A stretch of DNA of 49,904 nucleotides from an uncultured Bacilli bacterium (GTDB lineage: Bacteria > Bacillota_I > Bacilli_A > RF39 > UBA660), in the NCBI GenBank assembly GCA_947627915.1, contig CANQXT010000003.1, positions 1 to 49,904 on the forward strand, written 5' to 3'. The notes below the pieces were generated by a model. That model was not told the DNA's origin. It searched no databases and worked only from the letters and a program-made list of their open reading frames with translations. Below, in pieces: positions 48,506 through 49,904 of this stretch. Every line of letters begins with the position of its first letter. Position 1 is the stretch's first letter. The translations under genes were made by a program, and so were the position numbers.

Positions 48506-49714
48506 CTATTTTTCATTGTTTAATAACCAATCTATTACATTAATTTTAGTTATTCCATTGTAATCTGCTTCTAAATCCATATCTAATGTTATTAAATATT
48601 TTGGATAATAATCGCCAGTTTTTTGTAATGATTTTAATTCTCTTTCTAATACTTTTTCATCTCTAACAGATAATGCTACTTGGTAATACTTTAAACCATC
48701 TCTATTTTCAGCAACAAAATCAATTACTAAGTCATCTACTTTGCCAACATATACTTTATAGCCTCTTCTTAATAATTCTAAATAAACTATATTTTCTAAT
48801 ATATGTCCCATATCACTATTAGCTTTTTTACCTAATAAATAACTTCTTAATCCTGAATCTACAACATAATATTTATAATCTCTAGATAATAAATTTTTTC
48901 CTTTAACATCAAATCGTTCTGCTTTATAAATTAAAAAACTATCAATAAAAGCATATATATAATTTTCAACAGTATGATTACTTGCAGGACTACCTTTACT
49001 TGTTAAAGTATCACATATTTTTTTTATGGATATTGGACTACCTATACTATCAAATATAAATTTTAAGACATTTTCTAATAACATTTTATCAGTTATATTA
49101 TTTCTCGTTATTATATCTTTATATACGACAGTTGTAAATATTCCCTCCAAGTATTTATCTAAGTCATTATAATTATTTTGAATTATTGGTAAATTACCGG
49201 GCATCCCACCATTTTTCATATAATCTAAAAAATAATCATAATTACTTTTTTCTTTAATTTTAAATGCACTTAAATATTCTTTAAATGACAAAGGTAACAT
49301 TTTAATTTCTATGTATCTTCCGGATAATAGTGTAGCAAGTTCTCCCGATAATAAATAGGCATTAGAACCAGTAATATAAACATCAACATTCTTTTTAATA
49401 TATAAACTATCAACGGCTTTTTGGAATTCAGGAACATTTTGAACTTCATCTAAAAAAACATAATATTGTTTTTTAGAAGTTATTTTTTTATTTACAAAAT
49501 CATATAGTTCTTTATAATCGTTAAAACTATAACTAATATCTTCAAGATTAATATTTATTATTTGATCGTTTTTTATCCCAATTTCTTTCAAATAATTTAT
49601 AAATAAGGCGAATAATGTGGATTTACCGCATCTTCTTAATCCTGTAACAACTTTAATTAAGTCTTTATCTTTAAATCTTTTTAATTCCTCAAGATACTCT
49701 GTTCTTTCTATCAT
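48506..49714 (-). CDS. AAA_14 + DUF4143 ATP-binding protein
   Basis: VVTGLRRCGKST, FLDEVQ, ITGSNA, LSGRY, KYYVVDSGL and LENIVYLEL. Start set to the ATG at 49714. Confidence 0.92.
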   Translation of the reverse strand: MIERTEYLEELKRFKDKDLIKVVTGLRRCGKSTLFALFINYLKEIGIKNDQIININLEDISYSFNDYKELYDFVNKKITSKKQYYVFLDEVQNVPEFQKAVDSLYIKKNVDVYITGSNAYLLSGELATLLSGRYIEIKMLPLSFKEYLSAFKIKEKSNYDYFLDYMKNGGMPGNLPIIQNNYNDLDKYLEGIFTTVVYKDIITRNNITDKMLLENVLKFIFDSIGSPISIKKICDTLTSKGSPASNHTVENYIYAFIDSFLIYKAERFDVKGKNLLSRDYKYYVVDSGLRSYLLGKKANSDMGHILENIVYLELLRRGYKVYVGKVDDLVIDFVAENRDGLKYYQVALSVRDEKVLERELKSLQKTGDYYPKYLITLDMDLEADYNGITKINVIDWLLNNEK

Positions 49715-49904
49715 AGTTATCAACCTCTATTTAATTATATATTAAAAGCGGAATAATGTCAACTTTTGGAAAAATTTTGCAAAAAGTAATACAAATTAAC
49801 AAGTTTTGGAAAAATTTTGCGAATTTTCAGAAAAAAAGAGCAAATTAATTTAAAAGAGTAAACTTTATGAAATTTAAGAATAAAAATTTTATAAAGTTTT
49901 TTTT

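Noticed and set aside
1-49904. Alternative genetic code (TGA=Trp), tRNA/rRNA genes, prophage
   Set aside because: Conserved genes are intact under code 11 and TGA ends genes (14542, 34683). I recognised no tRNA, rRNA, or phage structural or integrase genes.

Overview
Very AT-rich chromosomal window. It uses the standard code (TGA is a stop, TGG is Trp), and gene style suggests a small-genome uncultured gut Bacilli/Mollicutes-related lineage such as RF39 (inference). Housekeeping genes (eno, nifJ/PFOR, uvrA with a LexA box, lgt, trxB, desulfoferrodoxin, cyclophilin, MscS) are interleaved with membrane and surface-protein clusters, and a partial ISAs1 element sits at the left edge. Highlights: (1) a three-gene surface operon (43188-46607) encoding two CLec/FGE-fold paralogues; the first ends in a sharply GC-rich, A-poor segment that looks like a diversity-generating retroelement (DGR) variable region with no RT or TR in the window, and the operon has a promoter with a G8 tract in a 15-bp spacer (candidate phase variation); (2) an 856-aa Cys-rich surface protein with 12 one-Cys repeats and 12 three-Cys repeats around a unique core, whose units co-vary in mirror order (proposed nested hairpin stalk); (3) two unannotated structured sRNA candidates; (4) three NrtR-type GT-N7-AC boxes, one in the promoter of a large unknown helical-repeat protein; (5) decayed genes, including a TOPRIM/RloB-like remnant and an in-frame TAG split. 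Family assignments come from motif recognition, not database searches.
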